From an uncultured Methanosarcinaceae archaeon (GTDB taxonomy: Archaea > Halobacteriota > Methanosarcinia > Methanosarcinales > Methanosarcinaceae): DNA of 64,000 nt. Made by a program: the position numbers and the translations under genes. The stretch's first letter is position 1; the number at the start of each line of letters is the position of its first letter. Location: NCBI GenBank assembly GCA_963721455.1, contig CAVRJG010000015.1:96001-160000 (forward strand), given 5' to 3'. The notes beneath the pieces are model-generated. The model ran no database searches. It was given only the letters and a program-made list of their open reading frames with translations, and was not told where the DNA came from. Shown piece by piece: positions 30,564-41,137 of this stretch.

Positions 30564-31138
30564 TGGAGCATCACCTGCAAACCCCGCTAAGGAGAGAGGA
30601 TATCGAGAAACTCAACGCCGGAGACGTAGTCTATATCTCAGGAGAGGTACTGACAGCCAGGGACGAAGCCCATGCCAGAATTCTCGAGCTTGAGGAAAAA
30701 GGAGAAGAACTTCCTTTCTCCCTTGAAGGGACAGTGATCTACCACTGCGGCCCCCTTATGCAGCAGACTGAAAACGGCTGGAAAGTTATCTCAGCAGGCC
30801 CTACGACCAGCGGCCGGATGTCAAAAATGACGCCTCCTCTCCTGAAAACCCATGAAGTTCGGGCAATTATAGGAAAAGGCGGGATGAAAGGCGTCGCAGA
30901 TGCATTGAAAAACAGATGCGTTTACCTGGCTTACACAGGCGGATGTGCAGCCCTTGCTGCAGAGTTGATTACGGAAGTAAAAGCCGTTCACTGGCTTGAC
31001 CTTGGAATGCCTGAAGCAGTCTGGGTATTCAGGGTAGAAGAGTTTGGGCCGCTTATTGTAGGGATTGACGCCAGAGGGAAAGATATTTTTGCAGAAGTAA
31101 GGGAAAAAGCTGAAAAAATGCTTGAAAAGCAGGGATAA
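30563..31138 (+). CDS. Fe-S fumarate hydratase / tartrate dehydratase family, beta subunit
   Basis: TARDEAH, YHCGP, GPTTSGRM, IGKGG, LGMPEA; TAATG translational coupling. Confidence 0.92.
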   Translation: MEHHLQTPLRREDIEKLNAGDVVYISGEVLTARDEAHARILELEEKGEELPFSLEGTVIYHCGPLMQQTENGWKVISAGPTTSGRMSKMTPPLLKTHEVRAIIGKGGMKGVADALKNRCVYLAYTGGCAALAAELITEVKAVHWLDLGMPEAVWVFRVEEFGPLIVGIDARGKDIFAEVREKAEKMLEKQG

Positions 31139-31144
31139 AGCCAG

Positions 31145-31227
31145 GATTTTTGTTGGCTGGTGTTTTTTGCTAACCGGCACCTTTTTTGCCAGCCAGCACT
31201 TTTTTGCTGACCAGCACCTTTCTGCTA
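31145..31227. repeat. Degenerate ~18-bp tandem repeats with T-tracts (terminator-like)
   Basis: TTTTTTGCtaaCCgGCAC, TTTTTTGCcagCCAGCAC, TTTTTGCtgaCCAGCAC. Confidence 0.6.
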
Positions 31228-31458
31228 TTCCTCTGGCCTTTTTTCATCCTTAACTATTATTTTTAGAATTTATTTAGCGTTCAACGTTACTCAGCTTCAG
31301 AAGTAAACTGTATCTTTTCGCTTTTAGCAGCAATTGCAGATGGCAGCAGGAATATATCGTCCGGACCTCTGCCTTCAGGATTTGAATAGTCTGGCGGATT
31401 TGCAGGCTCAAAGAAAGGACTTTGTAAAGCTCAGTCATAAATATCTCAAAGACCGGCT

Positions 31459-31737
31459 TTAATCGTAATTGTCCTCAAGATGCCTGAAAGCTTTTACGAG
31501 AGACTCCATTTTTCGGACAATAATTCTCCCTAGAAGAGAAAGGTCATATATCCTATCCTCCTGAACCACAAGCCCGTTTTCTTTTAGCCTTTTAAGCTGG
31601 GGCAGGATTGCAACGGAGTTCGTATCAAGTTCATTATTGATTTCTTCGATGGTCCGGGGCTTTTCTTTAAGAAGGAGAAGCAGATCTGTCCTCTTTTCGG
31701 AGGATAGAAGAATTGTGATCAGGGAAGATCTCATCAT
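31459..31737 (-). CDS. ArsR-like winged-helix regulator, HTH only (C-terminal domain probably lost)
   Basis: SEKRTDLLLLLKEKP..ILPQLKRLKENGLV..YDLSLLGRIIV, typical of Methanosarcina HTH/DUF1724 regulators that are usually longer. Confidence 0.7.
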   Translation of the reverse strand: MMRSSLITILLSSEKRTDLLLLLKEKPRTIEEINNELDTNSVAILPQLKRLKENGLVVQEDRIYDLSLLGRIIVRKMESLVKAFRHLEDNYD

Positions 31738-31992
31738 CTCTACTTATAAATCATAAATATATAATTTTTCATCCTCAATTTTATAATTCCATGACAAATT
31801 AGCTCAAGAGCTTTGATTGGCAGAAAGGTCCTGTTTTTTAAACAGAATTGCCACGAAAATGGATAAACAGGTTTTTACCCTCAATAAGATGAATAAAAAA
31901 GAGAAAAAGCATTTTCATCCTGAGATATAGTTCTGAAATAGTTCTTCCAGCCTTAAATAATCTTTTAAGATTATTTCAAACTACAGGCTGTT

Positions 31993-33600
31993 TTATTTCT
32001 CGGTTTGCGGAGGAACCAGAATCTCAGGCGGCAGGAAAATTGAGGCGATTATGCCGAATACCGCGAAAATCAACAGCCCCCAGAGGGAAGCTTTTATCCC
32101 ATGAATGCGGGAAATTTCGTTAATCCTCAAGATCTCCTGTGAAAGGTCAGGAGGGACATCTTTCAAGATAGCTGTCAGTTCTCCATTGCTCAAAAAGCGG
32201 GCATTCTCTTCTACTGCCGACATCACGGAGGGTTTGAGATCCTCCGGAATAACAGTACTGTCATCTATGAGGACAGTGGCTCCTGCTACCAGGCCCCCGA
32301 TGACGATGGAACCCATCAGGGCAGTCCCGATAGCCATTCCCAGGTTCTGGGAAGTGCTCATAAGGGCAGCTGTCTCGCTCGTCCTTTCAGGAACTACCTG
32401 GGAGAGGACGAGATTCATTATCTGGGATGCTATAACTCCTGCGCCTATACCTATTAAGGCAAACCCGGTCAGCAGGGCAAACCCTTTGACCTCCACATTA
32501 ATGGTTGCAATAGCCAGTAAAAGCCCTGGAATAAGTACGAGTAGCCCAACCTGGATGATGCGCTTTGGGGCTATGCGGGCAGATAATCGAGATGCTGTAA
32601 GCGAAGCAATTAAAAGTGGTATGGAGAGAGGGAGGTAGAGAAAGCCTGTCTGCATCGCGTTGAGGCCCAGGGCGATCTGGAGGAAAAGAGCCATGCTGAA
32701 CAGGAAACCTCCGATAAGAATGGTCTGAACCATCTGGACAAAAATGCCTGAAGTAACCCCGCGGTCCCTGAGCACATCGAGCCTTACGAGTGGCATCTTT
32801 CCCAGAGTAATGACGTGACGTTCCCAGAGAGCAAAGCACAGCAGGATAATGCCTCCTGCCAAAATAAACACCGGGGTGGGGGAAAGACCGAATGGGGAAA
32901 TTTCAATCCCTCCTATGGAAAAGGGATGACGTGCCTCCCACCAGCCGTAGGTCCCTGCCAGTAATATCCCAAAAACAATAAACCCCATCCCCAGCGCAGA
33001 GATTATAGAGCCGACTATATCCAGCCTGGGTTTTTCTTCACTCTCAAGGGGCGCATCCAGAATGTACCGACTTAATAACAGGACAATGAGCACGATCACC
33101 ACCTCCCCGGCAAAGGCAAGTCGCCAGGTGTATGAAGTTGTGAGCCAGCCTCCGATAATGGGCCCGAGTGCGATTCCCCCTGCAACGATTCCCCCTATTA
33201 TGCCATAAGCAAGGGCACGGTCCTTCCCGCTGTAGTTTGAGGTCACAAGCGTCTGGATTGCGGGCATGACAAGAGTTGCCCCAAGCCCTTCAAGGATCGA
33301 CCAGCCCAAGAACAGTACAGCCATGCTGGGGCTGATTGCAGTCAGGAAAGAGCCAGTACCGTAGATAATCAGTCCTATCCTGAATGCCTTTTTTCTGCCA
33401 ATAATATCTCCGATCTTTCCTCCGGTGATCATCAATGATGCCATTACGAGGGCATAGAGGGTAATGGCAGCCTGGACAGTGGCAACGTTAGTGTCAAAAT
33501 CTTTAATAAGTGTCGAAATAGAAACATTCATTATCGTCGTATCAATAACAAGCACAAACATTGCAAGCACGAGTGCAGCAAGTACAGTTTTTCTCTCTAT
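31993..33600 (-). CDS. DHA2/EmrB-type MFS transporter; inferred ATA start
   Basis: DTTIMNVSI, GKIGDIIGRKK, LGPIIGGWLT; about 14 TM; GGAGG/GGTGA RBS before ATA-GAG-AGA-AAA; ORF-track GTG at 33570 is the alternative. Confidence 0.88.
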   Translation of the reverse strand: MERKTVLAALVLAMFVLVIDTTIMNVSISTLIKDFDTNVATVQAAITLYALVMASLMITGGKIGDIIGRKKAFRIGLIIYGTGSFLTAISPSMAVLFLGWSILEGLGATLVMPAIQTLVTSNYSGKDRALAYGIIGGIVAGGIALGPIIGGWLTTSYTWRLAFAGEVVIVLIVLLLSRYILDAPLESEEKPRLDIVGSIISALGMGFIVFGILLAGTYGWWEARHPFSIGGIEISPFGLSPTPVFILAGGIILLCFALWERHVITLGKMPLVRLDVLRDRGVTSGIFVQMVQTILIGGFLFSMALFLQIALGLNAMQTGFLYLPLSIPLLIASLTASRLSARIAPKRIIQVGLLVLIPGLLLAIATINVEVKGFALLTGFALIGIGAGVIASQIMNLVLSQVVPERTSETAALMSTSQNLGMAIGTALMGSIVIGGLVAGATVLIDDSTVIPEDLKPSVMSAVEENARFLSNGELTAILKDVPPDLSQEILRINEISRIHGIKASLWGLLIFAVFGIIASIFLPPEILVPPQTEK

Positions 33601-33764
33601 GTCACCGCCTCCTATAAGTGGATATAAGGCGCAATACCTGCAGGAAGAAGCTCACCATTCTGTTTACGGCCGGGCGCCCCGGAGATTAAAGTAGGAGCAG
33701 GAGGGCATGAACCTTTTTTGATTACCTTAAGAATCGTAATCTATGCCACCTGCATCTTCGCTCC

Positions 33765-34151
33765 TTAATCTGTCCCGAATGCCCCCCTCACACCCGGTAG
33801 CATGATATAGATGAGGATAAGGGTGCTCACGATAACTGAAAAGTTTACATCGTACCATGAACCTCCGGTAACCAGCAACACAAAATCCATGCACAGATTG
33901 AATATCGTAATAACAGCCAGAAACATCCAGGCCTGCTGATCCACCTGCCAGAGCATCTGAGCCATCCATACCCATATATAGGCAAGCAGGCCGTACAATA
34001 GTGCATACCATAGGTTGAAAATACGGACTCCAATAGGCCCCAGAAAAGGTAAAAATCCGAGAAATCGAAGCATTACCATAGCGTTTAAAAAAGCCAGAAA
34101 TACAGCTACAAAGGTCAGAATAGTAATACCAATAGGTCTTTCCATACTCAA
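33765..34151 (-). CDS. Hypothetical membrane protein (about 4 TM)
   Basis: RPIGITIL N-terminus, YIMLPGVRGAF C-terminus; AGGAG RBS. Confidence 0.75.
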   Translation of the reverse strand: MSMERPIGITILTFVAVFLAFLNAMVMLRFLGFLPFLGPIGVRIFNLWYALLYGLLAYIWVWMAQMLWQVDQQAWMFLAVITIFNLCMDFVLLVTGGSWYDVNFSVIVSTLILIYIMLPGVRGAFGTD

Positions 34152-34277
34152 ATCTCCTATTATGTTATTAATATGAGAAGATGCTGAAAGCCTTACAATA
34201 TCGTCTTATCAGACTACTTCGTTTCAAGCTGGAGTTTCAAATTTCTCCGAAATGATTTATCCTGCGATAATCCGGCA

Positions 34278-34856
34278 TCAGGTTCGAATTTTTAGTCCTA
34301 CAATGACTGCCCCAATTCCCCCAATAACAAGGAAAAAACCGAATATCCACGGTAGAATCAGGACTCCTGCCAGAGAGTTAGTTAGAAGGAGCAGACCGAG
34401 GATTATAGTAAGGACGCCGATTATTCCCGTCCCCCATCCTCCTCCTTTAAGCGCCATGGCAATTTTCACGACCCCATTGATGATAGCCCACACCCCTATG
34501 AAAATAACGAAGAATGTAAGAATTATGAGAGGACTGTAGAGTGGGTACATCAGTATAAGGATTCCTGCGATAATGCTCATGATACCCGAAAGCAGTTTCC
34601 ATAACCTATTCCCCGAGAATATCAGCGCCCCTATAACAGAAAGAATTCCTTCTGCTAGCCAGAAAATACCCAGAATCTGTAAGAGAAAGATAGTGGTTAC
34701 TGCAGGTTTGTATAATAGGAATAAGCCTATAAGGATAGCAATAATCCCTTCCAGGAGAACCACCCACCAGGGTACTTGCAGTATTTCATACACCATCTCG
34801 TTATCAGAATCAATTGATTGTTCCATAACATCAACTGGTTGTTCCATATAGTCCAT
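34278..34856 (-). CDS. HdeD/DUF308 family membrane protein
   Basis: WWVVLLEGIIAILIG start and repeated GI..IIAG..L..P units; 6 TM. Confidence 0.85.
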   Translation of the reverse strand: MDYMEQPVDVMEQSIDSDNEMVYEILQVPWWVVLLEGIIAILIGLFLLYKPAVTTIFLLQILGIFWLAEGILSVIGALIFSGNRLWKLLSGIMSIIAGILILMYPLYSPLIILTFFVIFIGVWAIINGVVKIAMALKGGGWGTGIIGVLTIILGLLLLTNSLAGVLILPWIFGFFLVIGGIGAVIVGLKIRT

Positions 34857-35476
34857 CTCCCCAAATTTTTAATTCTTCAACCAGACTTCCCGCGACCAGA
34901 ACATAGATGTGAGCACAGCTAAAGAGGCATCACTTATCTGAAGTACGGGATTTCATGTTTCCGGACGATTTATTTACGCTGAGGAATAGCCAGAGTCAAA
35001 GAGAATATAGCCTTCCCCCTCCACAAAGAAGAGCAATCTCTTTTTTCCGGGTCAATTCATTGATGGAATTCATTAATCTTTATAATATATCCTCAATAAA
35101 CCCACAGCACTTTGTTGTGAAAGGGTATTAACTGAGTGCATCTTTTCCATCAGGAAAGCACCGGCATGACGCAGGCTAAAATAAACGATTTATTTATCAC
35201 TTCAACATCATGAAGAAAGTAAGGTACAAATTTTCAATATCAATATTAATCCCCTTCCCATATTTGACCAAAGACGAAGCAGTGGTATATATAATTGTAT
35301 ATAAATTATAATATATAAATTAACTTATTACTAATTCTCAAAAAGGCTTTTTTAGTAAGGAATAAATGTTCGATGCAGATACACACAGAAACAGATAAAA
35401 GAGAAAACAGGTAAACAGGGAACAGGTAAATAAAGAATTCAGTAAAATATAACTTCCAGATTCCAGAGGATCACTG

Positions 35477-35998
35477 ATGAATCCGACAAAGCACAGGGAT
35501 ATTCCCCTTTATATTTACCATGCCGGGCAGTGTGACCCGAAAAAGTGCACAGGAAGAAAAATGGCTCGCTTTGACCTTGCCCGCCTGTACGATAGAGTTT
35601 CAAGGCTGCCCAGATCTGCGATTCTGCTGGACCCTATGGCAGAAAAAGCCCTTTCTCCTGCCGATGACCCCGGAAAAGGGATTATCGTACTCGACTGTTC
35701 CTGGGAAGAAGTGGAAAGGATTTTTCCTGAACTTGGGAGGCTGAACCTTGAGCACAGGGCTCTCCCTTACCTGCTTGCAGGCAATCCGGTGAACTTCGGA
35801 AAGCCCTTCAAACTCAACTCTGTAGAAGCCTTTGCAGCAGCCCTCTACATTTTCGGATACAAAGAACAGGCTGAAAAAGTCCTGTCCAAGTTCAACTGGG
35901 GGCACAGTTTCCTCGAACTCAATAAAGAACCGCTTGAAGAGTATGCAACCGCAAAAAACAGCACTGAGATTGTGGAAATCCAGAGCCATTATATCTGA
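35477..35998 (+). CDS. tsr3: rRNA aminocarboxypropyltransferase Tsr3 (DUF367)
   Basis: [40 protein letters not shown]. Confidence 0.92.
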   Translation: MNPTKHRDIPLYIYHAGQCDPKKCTGRKMARFDLARLYDRVSRLPRSAILLDPMAEKALSPADDPGKGIIVLDCSWEEVERIFPELGRLNLEHRALPYLLAGNPVNFGKPFKLNSVEAFAAALYIFGYKEQAEKVLSKFNWGHSFLELNKEPLEEYATAKNSTEIVEIQSHYI

Positions 35999-36087
35999 TT
36001 ATATCTGAAGACCTTCAAGCCCGGACTCACTGGAAAAAGGAAGTTCTGATATCAAAGGCCTGAAATAAAGAAAATGGTATCTGCCTA

Positions 36088-36579
36088 ATGAAAACAGTGG
36101 TCAAAACAGTGGTCAAAAAACAGATCGGGGTTATTGGAGCAGGAGCTTGCGGCAGCGAAACTAAAGCACTTGCGGAAATGGTAGGAAGAGAGGTAGCAAA
36201 AAGAGGAGCTGTTCTTCTTTGCGGAGGCCTGGGAGGAGTTATGGAAGCAGCAGCATACGGAGCAAAACAGGAAGGAGGAATAACCCTGGGAATTTTGCCC
36301 GGAACACTCAAAGAAGAGGCAAATCCCTGGATAGATATCGCAGTCCTCAGTGGAATGGGACACGCCAGAAATGCTCTTATAGCCCAATCCTCGGATGCTT
36401 TAATTTCGGTTAATGGAGAGTACGGGACTCTTTCGGAAATAGCGCTTGGCCTGAAGATGGGAAAACCTGTGATTGTGCTCGAATCAAAATGGAAAATCGA
36501 AGGCTCTCACAGGGCAAAAAGCCCGGACGAAGCTGTAGAGCTCGCTTTCAAGCTGATTGAAAATAATGTGAAAAACTGA
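36088..36579 (+). CDS. TIGR00725 / LOG-like Rossmann-fold nucleotide-binding protein
   Basis: CGGLGGVMEAA, ARN, GEYGTLSEIA. Confidence 0.88.
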   Translation: MKTVVKTVVKKQIGVIGAGACGSETKALAEMVGREVAKRGAVLLCGGLGGVMEAAAYGAKQEGGITLGILPGTLKEEANPWIDIAVLSGMGHARNALIAQSSDALISVNGEYGTLSEIALGLKMGKPVIVLESKWKIEGSHRAKSPDEAVELAFKLIENNVKN

Positions 36580-36808
36580 AACGAACCTGATTAAAGGCTT
36601 TGATGAAAAGAGAGAAAACAGGGCAGATGAAGATCTCTGAACCTAATTTTAGTTACGGATGAAAGTACATTTTGAGATTCGATCCAAAAATTTATATCGC
36701 AAAAAGAAACTTCAAGAAATAAGAGCCAGGCTTAACTTAAGCTGGCAGGAATGCGGGGTACGCTGGTATTCCTCCATAGAATTTAAGAAGATTTTACCGG
36801 AGTTTTAA

Positions 36809-39079
36809 ATGCACCTTATCGTAACGGAAAAAAATATAGCAGCAAGGAGGATAGCTGCGATTCTGGCTCCAAAAAATCCGAAAAAGGATAGAGTCAGCGG
36901 AGTGGACGTATACCGGTATGAGATCGGATCTGATGAGAGTAGGCAGGAAACTGCGGTTGTAGGGCTTTCAGGCCATATTGTAGGGATCGATTTTCCCAAA
37001 GAGTACAACAACTGGCAGAAAGTGGATGCTAAAGCCCTTATCGACGCCGATATCATAACAACTCCTATCAACCGGAAGATAGTAACTGCCCTTAAAAGCC
37101 TGGGAAAAGAGGCAAGCAGGGTCACGATTGCCACTGACTATGACAGGGAAGGAGAACTGATTGGAGTCGAAGCCCTCAATATCATAAAAAAGGTGAATCC
37201 TGATGTTCCTTTTGACCGGGTCCGCTACAGTGCAATTATCCCGAAAGCAATAGAAGTAGCATTTTCAAACCCAACAGACGTTGATTTCAATCTCGCAGAT
37301 GCCGGCCATTCCAGGCAGGTCATTGACCTCGTCTGGGGCGCAGCCCTTACCCGTTACATTTCCCTTTCAGCAGGCAGGCTTGGGAAAATGTTTCTTTCAG
37401 TAGGGAGAGTACAGTCGCCGACTCTCTCTCTTATTGTTGACAGAGAAAAAGAAAGGAATATTTTTGTTCCAACTCCATACTGGGAGATCCAGGCCGAACT
37501 TGAAAACGCAGAAGGGGAAATTTTTTCAGCCCAGCATTCGACTCGCCGCTTCCTGGACAAAGAGGAAGCAACAAAAGCGTTCAAAAAACTGGGAAAACAG
37601 GCAGAATTAAAGGAAATGGAAAAAGGGAAAAAAACCGACCAGCCCCCTATCCCATTTAGTACTACAGGTTTTATCAGCGCAGCAAACGCAATAGGGCTCA
37701 GTCCCGCAAACGCCATGCGCATAGCCGAATCTCTCTATACGAACGGTTACATTTCATACCCGAGGACAGACAACACGGTTTATCCCGATACCCTGGACCT
37801 GAGGGCGCAGATTGAGATTTTCAAAGAGGGTCCCTTTAAAGAATACGCAAATGCCCTGCTTGAGAAAGCCGAACTTATTCCTACGCGAGGAAAAAAGGAA
37901 ACCACCGATCACCCACCTATTTTTCCTGCCTCTCTTGCAAAAGAGTCAGACCTGAAAGAGGATGAATGGAAAGTTTATGAACTTGTGGTCAGGCGCTTTT
38001 TTGCAACTTTCGCCGGGCCAAGCGAATGGGAAACCATGCGTTTGAAACTTGAGATCAATGGAGAAGAATTCAGGGCAAACGGAGCAAGGCTTGTAGAGCC
38101 TGGCTGGAGATGGTACTATCCTTACAATGCTCCTGAAGACAGGCTGTTTCCGGAACTCAGGGAAGGAGATTCTCTGAAGGTTATAAAGAAAGAGATGCTG
38201 GATAAAGAAACCCAGCCTCCTGGCCGTTACGGACAGGGAAGGCTTATCAACATCATGGAAGAGCTCGGGCTTGGGACAAAGGCAACCAGGCACGAGATAA
38301 TCAGCAAGCTCTATTCCAGGGCTTACATCCATGGAAATCCGGTGCAGCCCACAAATACCTCTTTTGCAGTAATGGATACCCTTGAGAAATACTCCCCGAC
38401 TATCACAAAACCGGACATGACAAAGCTGCTCGAAGAAAATATGGACAGGATTGCAGAGGGCAGGATCAAAGAGGTTGCTGTCCTTGAAGAGTCACGGGAA
38501 ATGCTGAAACAGGTATTTACTGAACTCGACAAAAACCGGGATAATATCGTAGAATCCCTTCAGGCAGGCCTCAGGGAAGACAAAATAATAGGCACCTGCT
38601 CCTTATGCGGAAACGAACTTATGATCCGGCGTTCGAAGAGGGGAAGCCGTTTCATAGGCTGCAATAACTATCCGAACTGTACCTTCTCCCTGCCTTTGCC
38701 AAAAAGCGGGCAGATTATAGTTACTGACAAGTCCTGTGAAGCGCACGGGATACACCATATCCGCATAATCAATCAGGGAAAACGAGCCTGGGATCTTGGC
38801 TGCCCCCAGTGTAATTTCATCGAGTGGCAGAAGACTCAGCAGCAAGAGCAGGCTCTGCAGCCCAAAAAGGAAAGACCGAAATCCATTAAGGATATCGAAG
38901 GTGTGGGAAAAGCGACTGCAGGAAAACTCGAGGATGCAGGAATAAAAAGCGTAGAAGCCCTGATAGAAGCCGATGCTGTTGAGCTTGCGAAACTTATAAA
39001 GATCAGCGTCAAGAAGATTAAAAACTGGCAGATTTCATGCATTAATACAGTTGAAAATAACACAGTTGAAAACTGCTAA
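36809..39079 (+). CDS. topA: DNA topoisomerase I (type IA)
   Basis: TOPRIM EK..ATDYDREGE, SVGRVQSP, GYISYPRTD catalytic Tyr, Zn ribbons, C-terminal HhH. Confidence 0.97.
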   Translation: MHLIVTEKNIAARRIAAILAPKNPKKDRVSGVDVYRYEIGSDESRQETAVVGLSGHIVGIDFPKEYNNWQKVDAKALIDADIITTPINRKIVTALKSLGKEASRVTIATDYDREGELIGVEALNIIKKVNPDVPFDRVRYSAIIPKAIEVAFSNPTDVDFNLADAGHSRQVIDLVWGAALTRYISLSAGRLGKMFLSVGRVQSPTLSLIVDREKERNIFVPTPYWEIQAELENAEGEIFSAQHSTRRFLDKEEATKAFKKLGKQAELKEMEKGKKTDQPPIPFSTTGFISAANAIGLSPANAMRIAESLYTNGYISYPRTDNTVYPDTLDLRAQIEIFKEGPFKEYANALLEKAELIPTRGKKETTDHPPIFPASLAKESDLKEDEWKVYELVVRRFFATFAGPSEWETMRLKLEINGEEFRANGARLVEPGWRWYYPYNAPEDRLFPELREGDSLKVIKKEMLDKETQPPGRYGQGRLINIMEELGLGTKATRHEIISKLYSRAYIHGNPVQPTNTSFAVMDTLEKYSPTITKPDMTKLLEENMDRIAEGRIKEVAVLEESREMLKQVFTELDKNRDNIVESLQAGLREDKIIGTCSLCGNELMIRRSKRGSRFIGCNNYPNCTFSLPLPKSGQIIVTDKSCEAHGIHHIRIINQGKRAWDLGCPQCNFIEWQKTQQQEQALQPKKERPKSIKDIEGVGKATAGKLEDAGIKSVEALIEADAVELAKLIKISVKKIKNWQISCINTVENNTVENC

Positions 39080-39160
39080 GAGTATTAAAATAGTTGAAGA
39101 AATTTCTGGCTTTCCATGTCCAATGAAACATTTAACAAATTTTATAATAGATTTTAGGGA

Positions 39161-40411
39161 GTGTTTGTTCTGGAGCTTAGCTTTAAAGGCGGATGCAGGG
39201 AAGTCGGGCGTTCGGGTTTGCTTGTAAATGGGGAGATCCTGCTCGATTACGGTATAAAAGCAGGGGATATTCCCGAATATCCTCAAAACGGCATGGAGCC
39301 GAAAGCAGTGCTTGTCTCACACGGGCACCTTGACCATTGCGGGGCTGTTCCTAACCTGATGTACCTGGATCCTGATGTTTTCATGACCCCGCCGACTGCA
39401 GAGTTTACTTACCTTCTCGGGAGAGATACCCTCAAACTCGCAGAGACCAGACTGTCAGGAGTATCACCTTTTGACCCTGAAGACCTCCATAAGCTTAGCC
39501 AAAGAACAAGAACGATGGATTACGGCGAGACCTTCAAGACCCATGGCTACAGGGCTTGCTTCTATAATGCGGGCCATATTCCCGGAGCTTCGGGAATCCT
39601 CCTGGAATCCGAATCCGGAGAAAGCCTGTTTTATACCGGAGATTTCAGCATGAAGGAAACAAGGCTTGTGCCCGGTGCAGCCGAATTTCCCGAGGCAGAT
39701 ACTCTCATTCTCGAAAGCACATATTTCGGGGAAGACCATATCCCGCGAAAAGAGACCGAAGAAAGGTTTATCGAATCTGTCCTGGAGACTCTGGATAGGG
39801 GCGGCACTGCCCTTATCCCTGCCTTTGCAATAGGCAGGACCCAGGAGATGCTTATGCTCCTTGACGCTCACGGAATCAGGGCTTATGTGGACGGCATGGG
39901 CAGGGATGTGTACAAAATCCTCAAAAAATATCCTGGGTACCTGAAAAATCCGGAACTTCTGGACCGGGCTTTCGGACGTGCAATTTCCGTAAAAGACAGG
40001 CAGCGGGATTCGATCCTTAAAGAGCCTTCAGTCATTGTCACTACAGCCGGAATGCTGAACGGAGGACCGGCACTTCACTATCTGAGCCGGCTTTACAAAG
40101 ACCCGAAATCAAAAATCCTGCTCACAGGCTACCAGGTTGAAGGCACAAACGGTCGGCTGGCCTTAAAGCACGGAGTCATCGAAACAGATGGAGCTGTCCT
40201 TACCCTCAAGCCCAGAATCGAGCAGTACGACTTTTCCGCCCACAGCGGAGATGGCGAGCTCAAAAAACTTGTGAAAGATTTCTGCAAGAAAGGTACTGAA
40301 AGAGTCTTTGTCGTGCACGGAGACAAAACCGAAATCTTTGCGCAGTGGATCTCTGAGGAAATCGGCGTGGATGCATATGCACCTGCAAACGGGGAATTAT
40401 TTGCCTTTTAA
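39161..40411 (+). CDS. Beta-CASP metallo-beta-lactamase ribonuclease (aCPSF2-like)
   Basis: SHGHLDH, AGHIPG, YTGD, LESTY, FAIGRTQE, FSAH, VHG. Confidence 0.9.
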   Translation: MFVLELSFKGGCREVGRSGLLVNGEILLDYGIKAGDIPEYPQNGMEPKAVLVSHGHLDHCGAVPNLMYLDPDVFMTPPTAEFTYLLGRDTLKLAETRLSGVSPFDPEDLHKLSQRTRTMDYGETFKTHGYRACFYNAGHIPGASGILLESESGESLFYTGDFSMKETRLVPGAAEFPEADTLILESTYFGEDHIPRKETEERFIESVLETLDRGGTALIPAFAIGRTQEMLMLLDAHGIRAYVDGMGRDVYKILKKYPGYLKNPELLDRAFGRAISVKDRQRDSILKEPSVIVTTAGMLNGGPALHYLSRLYKDPKSKILLTGYQVEGTNGRLALKHGVIETDGAVLTLKPRIEQYDFSAHSGDGELKKLVKDFCKKGTERVFVVHGDKTEIFAQWISEEIGVDAYAPANGELFAF

Positions 40412-40487
40412 TGAAGAAAATAAATAATAAGAAGCCTTTTCAGAAGCCTGCGAAATGCTTAAGCTCCGAAAGTTCCAATTAGCTGGT

Positions 40488-41033
40488 ATGATCCTCAATC
40501 CTGAATCCGAAGTGCTTGAAACACTTGCAAAGAGCATACTTCTGGCTGCACGGACTGCCCCGAAAGCCAAAGGAGTAGACGACATAATAACTGCCCTTGT
40601 CGAAAAAGAAGATATTGAAGTCCTTGCCTCGGCTATGGAAAAACTGGCAGATGAAAAAGGGGCAGGCTTCATTTTTCTGAAAAGGGATGCTGCAAACCTC
40701 AGAAATGCCGGGGCTGCTGTCCTTATAGGCGTTAAAACAAGCGGGGCTGCAGGCCTGAACTGCGGAGCCTGCGGCTTTGAAACCTGTGCTGAGATGTTGA
40801 ACCGGCAAAGGGTAGAAGTAGATTTCAGGGGCCCAAACTGCATGTTCAAATACGCAGACCTGGGAATTGCTGTTGGCGCAGCCGTTGCAAAAGCCAAGGA
40901 TTTCTGCATTGACAACAGGGTCATGTACTCAGTTGGCGCAGCCGCAAGGGTTTCTGGCTTGCTGGATGCGGATGTTGTCTTCGGAATTCCGCTGAGTGTA
41001 ACCGGGAAGAATATCTTCTTTGACAGGAAATAG
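40488..41033 (+). CDS. Ferredoxin-domain protein (DUF2148-like)
   Basis: AARTAPKAKG, NCGACGFETC, DLGIAVG, DNRVMYSVG. Confidence 0.85.
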   Translation: MILNPESEVLETLAKSILLAARTAPKAKGVDDIITALVEKEDIEVLASAMEKLADEKGAGFIFLKRDAANLRNAGAAVLIGVKTSGAAGLNCGACGFETCAEMLNRQRVEVDFRGPNCMFKYADLGIAVGAAVAKAKDFCIDNRVMYSVGAAARVSGLLDADVVFGIPLSVTGKNIFFDRK

Positions 41034-41137
41034 AGAACTGAAGTTTGGGGATAGGTGGATAGACTATCAGATAGGAAGACGTAAAGGCTCTGCATGCAGG
41101 TTACTTCGGGAAAAGCAGAGGAGTTTTGAGAAAAGCC

